From Ignavibacteriota bacterium (GTDB lineage: Bacteria; Bacteroidota; Ignavibacteria; UBA10030; UBA6906), in contig CAWDEM010000004.1 in assembly GCA_963801355.1 (NCBI GenBank), positions 1,088,001 through 1,152,000 of the forward strand: a DNA stretch of 64,000 bases, given 5' to 3'. Below, piece after piece: positions 20,323-28,631 of this stretch. Position numbers and translations under genes: made by a program. The notes beneath the pieces are model-generated. The model saw nothing but the letters and a program-made list of their open reading frames with translations. It made no database searches and was not told the origin of the DNA. Position 1 is the stretch's first letter. Each line of letters starts with the position of its first letter.

Positions 20323-21267
20323 ATGGCATCGCATCACAGATTGATCATCATCGGGTCCGGTCCTGCTGGCCTTACCGCAGCGCTCTATGCCGCGCGGGGG
20401 AATTTGAGCCCGGTCGTGTTTGAAGGCGTGCAGCCGGGAGGTCAACTGACGATCACCACCGAGGTGGAGAATTTCCCCGGATTCCCTCAGGGGATTCTCG
20501 GGCCCGAGTTGATGGAGAATTTCCGGCAGCAGGCCCAGCGCTTCGGCGCCCAAACGTTCTTCAAAAGCGTGACAGGAGTTGATCTCCGGAGCCGCCCCTT
20601 CAGCGTCCGGGCCGATGAAGAGGAACATTCCTCCGATGCGCTCATTGTCGCAACAGGTGCGTCTGCCCGGTTGCTCGGGCTGTCTTCTGAGAAGGAGTAC
20701 ATGGGGTACGGGGTCTCTGCCTGCGCCACATGCGACGGCTTCTTTTACAAAGGTCTGGAAGTCGTGGTGATCGGTGGAGGAGATACCGCGGTTGAGGAGG
20801 CGACGTTCCTCACGAAGTTTGCGACCAAAGTGACGATCATTCACAGACGCGATGTGCTTCGTGCCTCGAAGATCATGGCGCAAAAGGCCGCGAAGAATCC
20901 GAAGATTGAGTTTTTGTGGAACTCTGTTGTTGAAGAGGTGCTCGGCAAGAATGAGAATGGCAGAAAGAGCGTTAAGGCGGTTCGCGTCAAAAACGTACGG
21001 ACGGGAGTGACAACCGATCTGAGGACCGATGGTGTGTTTGTGGGCATCGGTCATCAGCCGAACACTGAATTGTTCAAAGGGCAGCTTGAAATGGACGCGG
21101 TCGGGTATCTGGTGACGAAGGGGAGGGGGACAGCGACCAATATTCCCGGAGTATTTGCAGCCGGCGATGTCGCTGACAGTATGTACCGGCAAGCCATCAC
21201 TGCCGCGGGATCGGGTTGCCAGGCGGCCATCGATGCGGAAAAATGGTTGGAGGAAAATATCTCGTAG
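20323..21267 (+). CDS. trxB: thioredoxin-disulfide reductase
   Basis: GSGPAG, GGQLTITTEVENFPG, CATCDG, GGGDTA, HRRD, YRQAITAAG. Confidence 0.96.
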   Translation: MASHHRLIIIGSGPAGLTAALYAARGNLSPVVFEGVQPGGQLTITTEVENFPGFPQGILGPELMENFRQQAQRFGAQTFFKSVTGVDLRSRPFSVRADEEEHSSDALIVATGASARLLGLSSEKEYMGYGVSACATCDGFFYKGLEVVVIGGGDTAVEEATFLTKFATKVTIIHRRDVLRASKIMAQKAAKNPKIEFLWNSVVEEVLGKNENGRKSVKAVRVKNVRTGVTTDLRTDGVFVGIGHQPNTELFKGQLEMDAVGYLVTKGRGTATNIPGVFAAGDVADSMYRQAITAAGSGCQAAIDAEKWLEENIS

Positions 21268-21288
21268 TTCTTCAGAAGCCACCCCGAG

Positions 21289-21481
21289 ATCATCAAGTCT
21301 GGCTTTTTCCCCTGACTTCATTCCCTGACTTTAAAGTCTGACATTAAAGTCAGGCTTTTTCCCCATACTTTCCCCCCTCCTTTCATTCACTCACTTTTTT
21401 CCCCACCTTTTCTTGCCTGACTTTTAAGTCAGGCTTTTTTCTCTGACTTCTTTCTAGGACTTTTAAGTCAGGCTTTTTTCC
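21289..21481. repeat. array of palindromic (CCT)GACTTTWAAGTC(AGG)-CTTTTT units, including a 44-bp direct repeat
   Basis: Units near 21295, 21324, 21338, 21415 and 21457; 21295-21338 and 21426-21469 match at 36/44. Confidence 0.8.
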
Positions 21482-21491
21482 TCCGCCTGTG

Positions 21492-21587
21492 TGACAATTT
21501 ACCATACTAAATGTCAATATGGCATATATTATGACAAGGTTTCATATAGTAGTGCCATTATGGCTTGTTAGATATGCCAATACGACA
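21492..21587. promoter_or_regulatory. five phased TGNCA-N3-TGNCA-like boxes (candidate enhancer/UAS)
   Basis: Boxes start at 21492, 21512, 21532, 21553 and 21575 (spacing 20, 20, 21, 22). Confidence 0.7.
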
Positions 21588-21630
21588 TAATATTAAAGGA
21601 TTCACGCGGACGCGCGGGCGGTTATCTCTA

Positions 21631-21643
21631 TAACTAGTTGATA
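21631..21643 (-). promoter_or_regulatory. IHF-consensus site
   Basis: Minus strand TATCAACTAGTTA matches WATCAANNNNTTR, between the boxes and the -24 element. Confidence 0.65.
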
Positions 21644-21662
21644 ATAAATAACTTAATCGATT

Positions 21663-21677
21663 TGGCACAGCGATTGA
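21663..21677 (+). promoter_or_regulatory. sigma54-type -24/-12 promoter of the Hsp20 cluster
   Basis: TGGCAC-AGCGA-TTGA. Confidence 0.75.
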
Positions 21678-21742
21678 GTGACTTTGATGCAGAAGATCAA
21701 TGAAGTCAACAAAGGATCAATAATTATTCAGGAGGAGAGGCA

Positions 21743-22183
21743 ATGTTAGTGAAATTCGAACGTGTTCCGATGATCCGTCCGGTCTGGGATGGCACAACCC
21801 GGTTCGAGAACGAGATTGAGTCGCTATTCAACAATTTTCTCACCCCGGACTTCGGTGGTTTGAGATCGCCGGCTCTGGACCTGGTCGAACGTCAGAACGA
21901 AACCCACGTTGTCATGGAGCTTCCCGGTGTCCAGAAGGAAGACGTCAAGATATCGCTGACGGAGGACTTGCTGACAATCAAGGGGACACGGAAATCTCAG
22001 GTGTTGCCCGAAGGGGCAAAGTGGATCCGGAGTGAACGGCAGAATGGAGAATTCAGCCGGACAGTCCAGCTTCCTCATCCCGTCAAGACAGACAGTATCT
22101 CCGCCGAGATGACGAATGGAGTCCTGCGGATCGTGCTTCCCAAGGCCGAAGAGGCCCGTCCGCGTGAAATTGGCATAAAGTAA
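21743..22183 (+). CDS. Hsp20/alpha-crystallin small heat shock protein 1
   Basis: ELPGVQKEDVKI, ERQNGEFSRTVQLP, NGVLRIVLPK, C-terminal IGI. Confidence 0.93.
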   Translation: MLVKFERVPMIRPVWDGTTRFENEIESLFNNFLTPDFGGLRSPALDLVERQNETHVVMELPGVQKEDVKISLTEDLLTIKGTRKSQVLPEGAKWIRSERQNGEFSRTVQLPHPVKTDSISAEMTNGVLRIVLPKAEEARPREIGIK

Positions 22184-22200
22184 GAGAGGAGACCGCTACT

Positions 22201-22587
22201 ATGAAAAACGGTGAAGTTGTTGTCCGAAGGGAAAATGATAGTCAGTCGTCTGTTCCAGAAAGAGAATACCGCATCCCTGCGGCAGATGTCTATGAAACCT
22301 CAGATGCTTACATATTGATGCTGGATCTCCCCGGTGCGACCCGTGACTCGATCAGCCTCACACTCGAAAAGGGCGAGATGCGGGTCAAAGCGGATGTCGG
22401 TCCGCTGCACACGCAGGAAGGAACACTTCTGTTGAGCGAAATAGGAGACAACGGGTTCTTCAGGGTCTTCAGTATTGGAGACGGCATCGATACTGGAAAT
22501 GTGGACGCGCGGTATGAGCAGGGCGTCCTGACGATAAAGCTCCTCAAGAGCGAAAACGTCAAACCACGGGAAATCCACATTAACTAA
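22201..22587 (+). CDS. Hsp20 small heat shock protein 2 (short N-terminus)
   Basis: PAADVYET, DLPG, FFRVFSI, YEQGVLTIKLLK, IHI. Confidence 0.9.
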   Translation: MKNGEVVVRRENDSQSSVPEREYRIPAADVYETSDAYILMLDLPGATRDSISLTLEKGEMRVKADVGPLHTQEGTLLLSEIGDNGFFRVFSIGDGIDTGNVDARYEQGVLTIKLLKSENVKPREIHIN

Positions 22588-22613
22588 CCACACACAAACC
22601 AAGGAGGGATACC

Positions 22614-23081
22614 ATGTCAATCGTTCGTTGGAGTCCGGCACGTGACCTGGCGACTTTTCCCTCGGATGTGATGAACATTCAGAGGGAAATCAATCGCATG
22701 TTCAACAACTTCTTCCGGAACGAACCGGAAGAGGACAGCCTTGCAACGGCTGCCTGGAACCCGGCGCTGGATATCGCCGAACACGATGACGCAATCGTCG
22801 TGAAAATTGAGCTTCCTGGAGTTGCAAAGGATGATGTGAAAATCGTCTTGCAGGATAACATACTGACTGTCCGGGGCGAGAAGAAGCAGGAGAAGGAATC
22901 CAAAGGGGCAAACTACCACAGGGTGGAACGTTCCTATGGGGTTTTCCAGAGAAGCTTCACGCTTCCCTCGACTGTCAACGGGGCCAAAGTTGATGCGGCC
23001 TTCAAAGACGGTGTGCTCACAATCACTGTTCCGAAGTCCGAGGAAGCAAAACGAAAGGAAATCGAAGTGAAGGTTCGGTAA
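22614..23081 (+). CDS. Hsp20 small heat shock protein 3
   Basis: WNPALDI, ELPGV, ERSYGVFQRSFTLP, FKDGVLTITVPK, IEV. Confidence 0.95.
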   Translation: MSIVRWSPARDLATFPSDVMNIQREINRMFNNFFRNEPEEDSLATAAWNPALDIAEHDDAIVVKIELPGVAKDDVKIVLQDNILTVRGEKKQEKESKGANYHRVERSYGVFQRSFTLPSTVNGAKVDAAFKDGVLTITVPKSEEAKRKEIEVKVR

Positions 23082-23101
23082 GCTGGTTTCCTTCGTATAT
23101 G

Positions 23102-23141
23102 GGAGCCGTGTCGGCAGGTGGGCCGGCCGGCTCCTTTTTTT
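23102..23141 (+). terminator. intrinsic terminator of the Hsp20 operon
   Basis: GGAGCCG...CGGCTCC followed by TTTTTTT. Confidence 0.8.
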
Positions 23142-23155
23142 GTGCCCTTCCACGA

Positions 23156-23203
23156 TTGACAAAGATACAGATCTTAGGTATATTACGATATATCAATAAC
23201 TTA
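23156..23203 (+). promoter_or_regulatory. sigma70 promoter with an IHF-consensus site at the start region
   Basis: TTGACA-17 nt-TATATT (23156-23184), then TATCAATAACTTA (23191-23203). Confidence 0.7.
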
Positions 23204-23222
23204 CAGAATTTCACAGTACCCC

Positions 23223-24131
23223 ATGAGCAAGTCCACGAAGTGGTTCCTCATCATCCTCGCTATTCTTGTGGTTGTTGTCGCGGCTTTTGCGCTCCTGATG
23301 TTCTCTCTGGTATCGGATTCGGGCGACCGGACTGAAACGATAACAACCGGATCGGGAGACAAGATAGCCGTCGTTGAACTCAAGGGTGACATCAGCTCAT
23401 CCGAGGAAATCGTTCGACAGCTCAAGAAGTACAGGGAGCAGCGCGCCGTGAGGGCAATCCTGCTGCGTATTGACAGCCCGGGCGGGGGTGTCGTGGCAAG
23501 CCAGGAGATGTACGAAGAAGTCCGCAAGACCCGGGACGGCGGGAAGCCGGTGGTCGTTTCAATGGGAAGCCTTGCAGCCAGCGGCGGTTACTATGTTGCG
23601 TGCGGCGGTTCACGGATTGTTGCCAACCGGGGGACACTTACCGGATCCATTGGCGTCATCTCTGAATTCCTGCAGCTTCAGGAACTCTTCGGCAAGATCG
23701 GCGTCGATGTGAAAACCATCAAGGCGGGGAAACTGAAGGATGCCGGAACGCCCACTCGGAAAATGACCGACGTGGATCAGCGGTATTTTCAGGAATTGAT
23801 GGATGGTGTCCATCGGCAGTTCATCGCTGTCGTTGAACGCGAACGGAAGCTCAGTCACGAGAATGTGGTTGGGTTGGCTGATGGCCGGGTGTTTACGGGG
23901 GAGCGTGCCCTTGAACTCGGCCTGGTTGACACGCTCGGGACATATGAAGACGCCATCCAGATCACCGCTGCAATCGCCGGCATCGAAGGGCAGCCGTCGA
24001 TAGTAAGAGAACGCAGACATCGCGGTCTGCTGGACGCGCTGACCAGTGACGTTGCGGAAGGCTTGACGTCGCTCAAGCAGGAAATCCTGGAGCGGCCGGT
24101 ACTGTCATATCGCTTTGCCGGCCCGCAGTAA
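23223..24131 (+). CDS. sppA: signal peptide peptidase SppA (short form)
   Basis: N-terminal TM, RIDSPGG, AASGGYY, TGSIGV, KAGKLKD, DGRVFTG. Confidence 0.93.
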   Translation: MSKSTKWFLIILAILVVVVAAFALLMFSLVSDSGDRTETITTGSGDKIAVVELKGDISSSEEIVRQLKKYREQRAVRAILLRIDSPGGGVVASQEMYEEVRKTRDGGKPVVVSMGSLAASGGYYVACGGSRIVANRGTLTGSIGVISEFLQLQELFGKIGVDVKTIKAGKLKDAGTPTRKMTDVDQRYFQELMDGVHRQFIAVVERERKLSHENVVGLADGRVFTGERALELGLVDTLGTYEDAIQITAAIAGIEGQPSIVRERRHRGLLDALTSDVAEGLTSLKQEILERPVLSYRFAGPQ

Positions 24132-24178
24132 TCCGGGCCCGAGCGACCACGAACATCAACCACTCAGGAGGATCATCG

Positions 24179-24478
24179 GTGACCAAGGCAGACATCGTCG
24201 ACACGATCGCCACTGCCACCGGATTAACCAAGGTGGAGACTGAAGCAGTTGTGGACGGATTCATTTCCACGGTGATTAGTGCGTTGAAGGAGGGGAAGAA
24301 TATCGAAATCCGTGGTTTCGGCAGCTACAAGGTGAAGAAACGGAAGGGGCGGATGGCTCGGAATCCGCGGACCGGTGAGCAGGTGATGGTGGATGAACAC
24401 TGGGTGCCATTGTTCAAGGTATCGAAGGAAGTGAAAATGCTGGTCAATGAGAACATGAAGAAGTCGGACCAGCAATAA
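24179..24478 (+). CDS. HU/IHF-family DNA-binding protein
   Basis: MTKADIV, IEIRGFGSY, RMARNPRTGE; SD AGGAGG, GTG start. Confidence 0.93.
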   Translation: MTKADIVDTIATATGLTKVETEAVVDGFISTVISALKEGKNIEIRGFGSYKVKKRKGRMARNPRTGEQVMVDEHWVPLFKVSKEVKMLVNENMKKSDQQ

Positions 24479-24492
24479 TCCAGGGAGTAGGA

Positions 24493-25254
24493 ATGGCAGG
24501 GGTACGGCATGTGTGCGGTGCATGCGGGGCCGAAGTGCAGCAAAGGGATGCACGCTGCCGGGCATGCGGAAAAGATCTTGAGTGGGGGGACATGCGTCCG
24601 GCAGCAGCGCAACGGGTGCAGGCCAGGCGTTCACCCAAGGAGAAGACCGGCGAAAAAAGTATGCGCCACTTCGAACCCTGGCAGGTGATTTCGTTCATCG
24701 CCGTGGGCGGGCTCCTGCTCTTCGTTCTCTGGACGGAGCTATCGCGTGACCGCGCAACATCTGCCGCCCCGGCAGTGCAGGCCTCCATGCCGCAGCAGTC
24801 CCCGCTCGCCCCTTCGCTTGTCGACCTCGCCCCGCTTGAAGCCGCGGTGAAGGCGAATCCGAAGGATGCCGGCGCGGTGCTCCGCCTGGCCAACGCGCTT
24901 CATGATCACGGCATGGTGATGCGGGCTATCGAGCAGTATAAGAACTACCTGTCAATGCTCCCGGGGAATCCGGATGCCAGGGTTGACCTCGGCATCTGCT
25001 ACGATCAAATGGGTCTGGCGGATAGTCTCCACGCAGACACATACTATGCCCTGGCAATTCAAGAAATGGAGACGGCGCTCAAAGGAACCCCGTCGCATCA
25101 GCCGGCAGCGTTCAACCTCGGCATTGTGAATTTGCACAGAGGAGAGCTTGAGGAATCGAACAGGTGGTTGAAAAAGGCCGCCGCGATGGACGCGAAATCG
25201 GACCTGGGGATGCGTGCACAGCAGATCCTCCAGCAGCATTCATTGATCCCGTAA
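24493..25254 (+). CDS. Zn-ribbon, TM and tetratricopeptide-repeat protein
   Basis: CGACG...CRACG, one TM helix, TPR-like LANALHD / ARVDLGICY / AAFNLGIV. Confidence 0.8.
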   Translation: MAGVRHVCGACGAEVQQRDARCRACGKDLEWGDMRPAAAQRVQARRSPKEKTGEKSMRHFEPWQVISFIAVGGLLLFVLWTELSRDRATSAAPAVQASMPQQSPLAPSLVDLAPLEAAVKANPKDAGAVLRLANALHDHGMVMRAIEQYKNYLSMLPGNPDARVDLGICYDQMGLADSLHADTYYALAIQEMETALKGTPSHQPAAFNLGIVNLHRGELEESNRWLKKAAAMDAKSDLGMRAQQILQQHSLIP

Positions 25255-25272
25255 TCGAAGAAAGGAGGCAGC

Positions 25273-25368
25273 ATGCCCTGCGGCAAAAAGCGCAAGCGCC
25301 ACAAGATGGCGACGCACAAGCGCAAGAAGCGGCTGAGAAAACAGCGTCACAAGAAGAAGCTGCGCTGA
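25273..25368 (+). CDS. bS22 / AURKAIP1-COX24-like small basic ribosomal protein (31 aa, absent from the ORF track)
   Basis: MPCGKKRKRHKMATHKRKKRLRKQRHKKKLR with strong SD AAAGGAGG. Confidence 0.88.
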   Translation: MPCGKKRKRHKMATHKRKKRLRKQRHKKKLR

Positions 25369-25467
25369 CGCACCCGCAACGCTTCCGGGGGTGACCGGAT
25401 GGTGCACAGTTTCTCAACGCGGTTGCCATCCCGACACCCCCCGTACTCCGGGAAGGGAGCGATCTGG

Positions 25468-25496
25468 TTGCTTTTCTAGGCTGTTCTTTTTATCAT
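25468..25496 (+). promoter_or_regulatory. sigma70-type promoter
   Basis: TTGCTT-17 nt-TATCAT. Confidence 0.55.
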
Positions 25497-25543
25497 AAAA
25501 TTCAACTCTATTGCGATTGTTTTCAACAGGTGTGAGGCTCGTC

Positions 25544-25939
25544 ATGACAAAGAACGATGGCATGTTGAAAGGTCTCGTGATCGGTTTGCTCGCGGGCGGA
25601 GCCGTCGGGGCGATTGTTGCCCTGTTGTATGCGCCCAAAACTGGCAAGGAACTGCGGGCGGATATCCGCGAGCGCGCAGATGAATTCCGGGATGATGCTG
25701 ATGAGTATCTTACCACCGTGCGCTCAAAAGCCGGCGATATGGTCTCGGAAGCAAAGAAGCGTTCGGACAGCTTGATCAGCGATGCGAAACGGAAGGCGGA
25801 CACGCTCCTGGTGGATGCCGAAAATGTCTTGAAAGACGCACGCCAGAAAGCGACTCCGGTCGTGGAAGATGCCACGCGCGTGAAGAATGCCGTGAAGGCT
25901 GGGGTGGATGCATTCCGGGATGAACGCCGGCGGTCGTGA
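25544..25939 (+). CDS. YtxH domain-containing protein
   Basis: GLLAGGAVGAIVALLYAPKTGKELR followed by a coiled coil. Confidence 0.9.
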   Translation: MTKNDGMLKGLVIGLLAGGAVGAIVALLYAPKTGKELRADIRERADEFRDDADEYLTTVRSKAGDMVSEAKKRSDSLISDAKRKADTLLVDAENVLKDARQKATPVVEDATRVKNAVKAGVDAFRDERRRS

Positions 25940-25968
25940 GTACATCAGCATTGCCATAGGAGGCATTT

Positions 25969-26355
25969 GTGGAACTCGTACTCGTTATTGCCCAGATTGT
26001 CGCACTACTGTGCCTCTCCGCACTCTGCGTCTATATGATCGTCGTCCTCCAGCGTGTGCGAGACACCATCGGCAATGTGGAAAAGGATGTCCGGGAAATC
26101 ACCAATCGCGCCGTGCCCGTGCTGGATAACATGGAATACATCACGGCCCGGGTCAAAGGCATCACCGACAACGTTGATGACCAGGTGGCAGCGGTGCGTG
26201 AGTCCATCGCGTCCGTCAAACTCGTCGCCGAAAATGTCGTGGAGATGGAACGAAGGGTACAGGAGCGAATCGAAGGACCAATTCTCGAGACCGTTTCCTT
26301 CGTGGCAGCGGTCTTCAAAGGTGTGCGCACGTTCGTTGAGCGCGTGCGGACCTGA
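25969..26355 (+). CDS. DUF948/YoxC-like membrane-anchored coiled-coil protein
   Basis: N-terminal TM plus amphipathic coiled coil; typical neighbour of YtxH genes. Confidence 0.7.
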   Translation: MELVLVIAQIVALLCLSALCVYMIVVLQRVRDTIGNVEKDVREITNRAVPVLDNMEYITARVKGITDNVDDQVAAVRESIASVKLVAENVVEMERRVQERIEGPILETVSFVAAVFKGVRTFVERVRT

Positions 26356-26526
26356 CCTTCCGGGCGCCACTCCAGGAGTTCGGCGCCCGGGACGTGCGGT
26401 TCCGCTCGATTCGGGTTCCTGCCCACGGCTGTTCCCCCACGCAAACACTGTTCTTACCAACCATCGCCGACATTCCCTTGCGGATGCCCGTGCCGGCGCA
26501 CCCATTTTGTAGGAGTGAACATACCC

Positions 26527-28623
26527 ATGAAGGAATTTGCATCGGATCATATCAGGAATATCTGTCTGATCGGACATGGCGGTGCGGGAAAGACCATGAT
26601 GGCCGAGGCGCTCCTGTACACCGCCGGCACCATCAACCGCCTTGGCAAGGTCGAAGAGGGGAATACCGTTTCCGACTACCGCAGCGACGAGATTGAACGC
26701 CAGATTTCCGTGAGCAGCGCCCTTCTGGTCTGCGAATGGAAAGGCAACAAGATCAACGTTCTCGACACTCCCGGGTACACGGACTTCACCGGCGATGTCA
26801 AATCGGCTCTTCATGTCACCGATACCGCCGTGCTGCACCTGAAAGCCGTGGAAGGTGTTGAGGTCGGCACCGAACTGGCATGGCGCTACACACTGGAGAA
26901 CCGCGATGCGGTGATCCTGGTGGTCAACAAGCTGGATCAGGAGAACGCAGACTACGACAAGGTGGTCCATCAGGCAAAAGAAATCCTGAGTCATGACGTC
27001 ATCCCCATTCAATTTCCCCTGAAGGCAGGGTTGGGATTTGAAGCCATTGTGGACGTTGTGCGGATGAAGCTCCTGAAGTTCGCCGCCGGAGGGAACGGCA
27101 AGTATTCCGAAGAAGAAATCCCCGCGGACGTTCTGCCAAAGGCCCAGGAATTGCGCCAGCAGATGCTCGAACTCATTGCAGAAACCGACGAAGCCTTGCT
27201 CAACAAGTATCTCGAGAGTGGCTCGCTCACTCCGGAAGAAATCAAGCAGGGTTTTCGTGCGGGCATCCGGCAGCGCAAGCTCTTCCCGCTCCTGTGTGCC
27301 GCGGCCACGCAAAACGTGGGAACGGCAGGGATATTGGACTTCCTGAGCGACTATGCGCCGGCGCCGCATGAAATGGGTGCGGTGCACGCGAAGAACGCAG
27401 GGGGCGGCGAGGTTGCGATCCAGCAGGACCCAAACGGGCAGCCCGTGATGTTTGTGTTCAAGACCGTGTCGGAATCCCATGTGGGGGAATTGTCGTTCTT
27501 CCGGGTGTACGCCGGTACCGTCAGCCCGGGCCTGGACATGGTGAACAACACCAACGGTAAGTCCGAGCGGCTGGCACAGCTCTTCGTGATGGTCGGGAAG
27601 GACCGGAAGGAAATCGGGAAGCTCACCGCGGGCGACATCGGGGCCGTGGTGAAGCTGAAGGACACCCATACAAACGACACGCTCACTGTCAAGGGAGTCT
27701 CGGTCATCATCACTCCCACGGTTTTTCCCGAGCCGGTGTTCAGTATGGCTATTGTTCCCCGGTCAAAGGGGGACGAAGAGAAGATCTCTTCGGGAATGCA
27801 CGCACTCCACCAGGAGGATCCCTCGTTCAATTTCCGCGTCGACCCTGAGTTGCATCAGACGATCATCAGCGGGCAGGGAGAAGTGCACCTCGATATTATC
27901 GTGAAACGTTTGAAAGCGCGGTACAACGTCGATGTCGATCTCGTGGAACCCAAAGTGCCCTACCGTGAGACCATCAAGGCGGTCGTGAAGGATTCGGAAT
28001 ACAAGCACAAGAAGCAGACAGGCGGACACGGACAGTACGGGCATGTTCACCTGCGCCTCGAACCGCTCAAGCGGGGGAGTGGTTTTGAGTTTGTGGATGA
28101 GATCGTAGGCGGAGTCGTACCGAACAAGTTCATACCGGCGGTGGAAAAAGGCGTCGTGGAGTGCATGAAGGAAGGGGTCGTGGCCGGGTATCCGGTGGTG
28201 GATGTCCGTGTCGCCCTGCACTACGGCTCCTACCACGATGTGGATTCCTCGGAAATGGCGTTCAAGATCGCCGGGTCGATGGCTTTCCGCAAGGGGTTTG
28301 TGGATGCGAGGCCCGTGTTGCTGGAACCCATCTTCAATCTCGAAGTGAAAGTGCCGGAGGATGCGATGGGAGATGTCATGGGCGATATTTCCTCGCGGCG
28401 CGGGAAGATCGCCGGCATGGATTCCGAAGGGCGTTATCAGATCATCCGTGCGCAGGTGCCCGCGGCTGAATTGCACAGGTATGCGACAATTCTGCGATCG
28501 ATGACCGGCGGCCGCGGTGTCTTCACGGCGTCAATGTCGCACTACGAAGAAGTCCCCCGCGAGGCCGCAGAGAAGATCATTGCCGCATCGGAGAAGAACA
28601 AGAACAAAGAGCAAGAGGCGTAG
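26527..28623 (+). CDS. fusA: elongation factor G paralogue (EF-G2 type)
   Basis: GHGGAGKT, DTPGYTDF, NKLD, GQGEVHL, KKQTGGHGQYG, GSYHDVDSSEMAF; RQIS replaces RGITI; outside the str operon. Confidence 0.92.
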   Translation: MKEFASDHIRNICLIGHGGAGKTMMAEALLYTAGTINRLGKVEEGNTVSDYRSDEIERQISVSSALLVCEWKGNKINVLDTPGYTDFTGDVKSALHVTDTAVLHLKAVEGVEVGTELAWRYTLENRDAVILVVNKLDQENADYDKVVHQAKEILSHDVIPIQFPLKAGLGFEAIVDVVRMKLLKFAAGGNGKYSEEEIPADVLPKAQELRQQMLELIAETDEALLNKYLESGSLTPEEIKQGFRAGIRQRKLFPLLCAAATQNVGTAGILDFLSDYAPAPHEMGAVHAKNAGGGEVAIQQDPNGQPVMFVFKTVSESHVGELSFFRVYAGTVSPGLDMVNNTNGKSERLAQLFVMVGKDRKEIGKLTAGDIGAVVKLKDTHTNDTLTVKGVSVIITPTVFPEPVFSMAIVPRSKGDEEKISSGMHALHQEDPSFNFRVDPELHQTIISGQGEVHLDIIVKRLKARYNVDVDLVEPKVPYRETIKAVVKDSEYKHKKQTGGHGQYGHVHLRLEPLKRGSGFEFVDEIVGGVVPNKFIPAVEKGVVECMKEGVVAGYPVVDVRVALHYGSYHDVDSSEMAFKIAGSMAFRKGFVDARPVLLEPIFNLEVKVPEDAMGDVMGDISSRRGKIAGMDSEGRYQIIRAQVPAAELHRYATILRSMTGGRGVFTASMSHYEEVPREAAEKIIAASEKNKNKEQEA

Positions 28624-28631
28624 TTCCGCTC

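Noticed and set aside
21289-21481. CRISPR array or Tn7-like transposon end (GACATTAAAGTC resembles a TnsB site)
   Set aside because: Irregular spacing, no unique spacers, and no cas or transposase genes, matching second end or target duplication
21383-21505. 40-aa minus-strand ORF with a KKPDLKV repeat
   Set aside because: No SD, overlaps the enhancer boxes, and the peptide repeat simply mirrors the DNA repeat
26005-27669. Long antisense ORFs (also 4240-5511, 15938-17053, 31429-32721, 60898-62715)
   Set aside because: Shadow frames of well-supported genes in GC-rich DNA, with no motifs of their own
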